DNA from: an uncultured Gammaproteobacteria bacterium
GTDB taxonomy: Bacteria; Pseudomonadota; Gammaproteobacteria; Poriferisulfidales; GCA-002705445
DNA: 61,599 bases
NCBI GenBank assembly: GCA_913050095.1
Contig: CAJXAV010000004.1
Span: 1 to 61,599 of the forward strand
Direction of reading: 5' to 3'
In this document: positions 60,518 through 61,599 of the stretch, one piece after another
Layout of the letters: each line of letters opens with the position of its first letter
How positions within the stretch are numbered: the first letter of the stretch is position 1
Program-made: the position numbers and the translations under genes
The notes under the pieces: model-generated
What the model was told of the DNA's origin: nothing
What the model saw: only the letters and a program-made list of their open reading frames with translations
Databases searched by the model: none

Positions 60518-60550
60518 AAAAAAGGCGATATTTTCATATCGCCTTTAATA
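60514..60550 (-). terminator. Rho-independent terminator (possibly bidirectional)
   Basis: Perfect 11-bp stem AAAGGCGATAT / ATATCGCCTTT (60521-60531 and 60536-60546) with a 4-nt loop. On the minus strand it is followed by a run of T (complement of the A-run at 60514-60520). It lies between the convergent pgeF and substrate-binding-protein genes. Confidence 0.8.
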
Positions 60551-60568
60551 TTACAAAAACTTTAAAGA

Positions 60569-61599
60569 TTATAAGTCGAAGTTATCTCTATCTTCTTCGT
60601 TGTTACAATCACGTTTTTTAACACCATTATCTGCAGCGTACTTTTCAGCACCTTCATCAATAATAGCTTGTGATAATGCTACATCACCTTCGATCCAGTC
60701 ACTTGCAACTTTCCACTGACGTTTTCCAGCATCCCATTGTTGGAATTTAGCTAGATGTCCACCAACGTGGTCCATACATGTGATATTGATTTCAGGTACT
60801 AATCCAGTTGCACCAAGTGCATCTAAATCAGATTTATTTAAACGTAAGTTCTCAAAACCCCAACGTACTTGCGCACTGTTAACTTTTGGTCCAAAACGTT
60901 CTTGCGCTGTTTTTAAAGCTTCTGTGTGGAATACACCAGCTAAAACACCAAGGTTCCAATATACAGAACCGATACGGCTTTTATCTGCTAAATCACCTTT
61001 ACCAGCTTTATAAACTGTAGCAACGATATCATCAATTACTTTAGCAACTCTTCCCGCAGGGTGAGTTGTAATCGCGTAATATCCTTCAGCAGCGTCTCCA
61101 GCAGGAATAACGTCACCATCTGAGTTACTCCAGATGTTTCCGATTAATCTTCCAACTGAGAAACCTGTTCTTACAGCTGTTTGCATAGCAACAGGGTTCA
61201 TCACACCCCATCCACGTAATAGAACATAGTCAGGCTTCATTTTACGAATTTTTAGCCATTGAGACTGTTGCTCGTTACCAGGATGTGGTACTTCGATAGC
61301 TGTGTGTTCACAACCGTGTTTTTTACACATCATGTCCATGAACATAATTGCTTCACGTCCATAAGGCGAACCGTGGAATAACATAGCTATTTTCTTACCT
61401 TTTAGCTTACTTCTGTCACCTTCTAATACATCACCGATGAAGTGCATCATAATTGAATGCTCATCATATGTATTAATTCCAGGCATAAAGTAATAAGGGA
61501 AAACGTCACCACGTTGTCCAGCTGTTTTACCATGGTTTACAGCAATGATTGGCATTTTGTCTTTACGACCAGTTTCAATCAAAGCAGTAGAGATACCCA
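60569..61599 (-). CDS. ABC transporter periplasmic substrate-binding protein, LivK/type-I PBP family (partial; N-terminus beyond window edge)
   Basis: The reading frame stays open to the last base of the window, so the track 'start' at 61582 is an internal TTG. Leu/Ile/Val-binding-protein-like sequence. Distinct codon usage from the rest of the window. Confidence 0.75.
   Translation of the reverse strand, partial: GISTALIETGRKDKMPIIAVNHGKTAGQRGDVFPYYFMPGINTYDEHSIMMHFIGDVLEGDRSKLKGKKIAMLFHGSPYGREAIMFMDMMCKKHGCEHTAIEVPHPGNEQQSQWLKIRKMKPDYVLLRGWGVMNPVAMQTAVRTGFSVGRLIGNIWSNSDGDVIPAGDAAEGYYAITTHPAGRVAKVIDDIVATVYKAGKGDLADKSRIGSVYWNLGVLAGVFHTEALKTAQERFGPKVNSAQVRWGFENLRLNKSDLDALGATGLVPEINITCMDHVGGHLAKFQQWDAGKRQWKVASDWIEGDVALSQAIIDEGAEKYAADNGVKKRDCNNEEDRDNFDL

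Overview
This 61.6-kb window is very AT-rich (roughly 30% GC by eye, not computed) and extremely gene-dense. It looks like chromosomal core from a streamlined proteobacterium. All family calls below come from reading the ORF-track translations by eye; no HMM or BLAST search was possible.

Gene order follows the Pseudomonas-type gammaproteobacterial backbone:
- dcd-mrp-metG
- rpoN-lptB-lptA-lptC-kdsD, divergent from a string running into murA-hisG-hisD-hisC
- petABC-sspA
- lpoA, divergent from rsmI-rnpB-mraZ-dcw cluster-lpxC-DUF721-M23 peptidase-secA-argJ
- zapD-coaE, nadE, and bamD divergent from rluD-pgeF

I call about 59 protein genes, one ncRNA (RNase P RNA), an MraZ-type operator/promoter and one clean intrinsic terminator. 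I saw no tRNA, rRNA, CRISPR array, transposase, integrase, phage gene or recognisable defence or toxin island. No clear-cut accessory system is present.

The interesting signals are departures from conserved synteny:
1. ftsZ is missing from its near-universal ftsA-ftsZ-lpxC slot. It sits between ftsI and murE, overlapping the ftsI stop, and is followed by an unannotated 44-aa entericidin-like lipoprotein ORF.
2. The slot that holds mlaFEDCB(+bolA-like) between kdsD and murA in E. coli and Pseudomonas holds only an 833-aa RND/MMPL-type transporter plus an MlaC-family protein.
3. An orphan Ftr-family formyltransferase sits in a tight operon between an MTHFS-like gene and folD.
4. A DAHP synthase gene is inserted between hisG and hisD.
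5. Several conserved proteins have unusual termini: SecA lacks the Zn-finger tail, BamD has a long C-terminal extension, cytochrome b has an extra hydrophobic C-terminal segment, and LpoA lacks the TPR domain.
6. The last gene, a partial ABC substrate-binding protein, shows a sharp shift in GC and codon usage.
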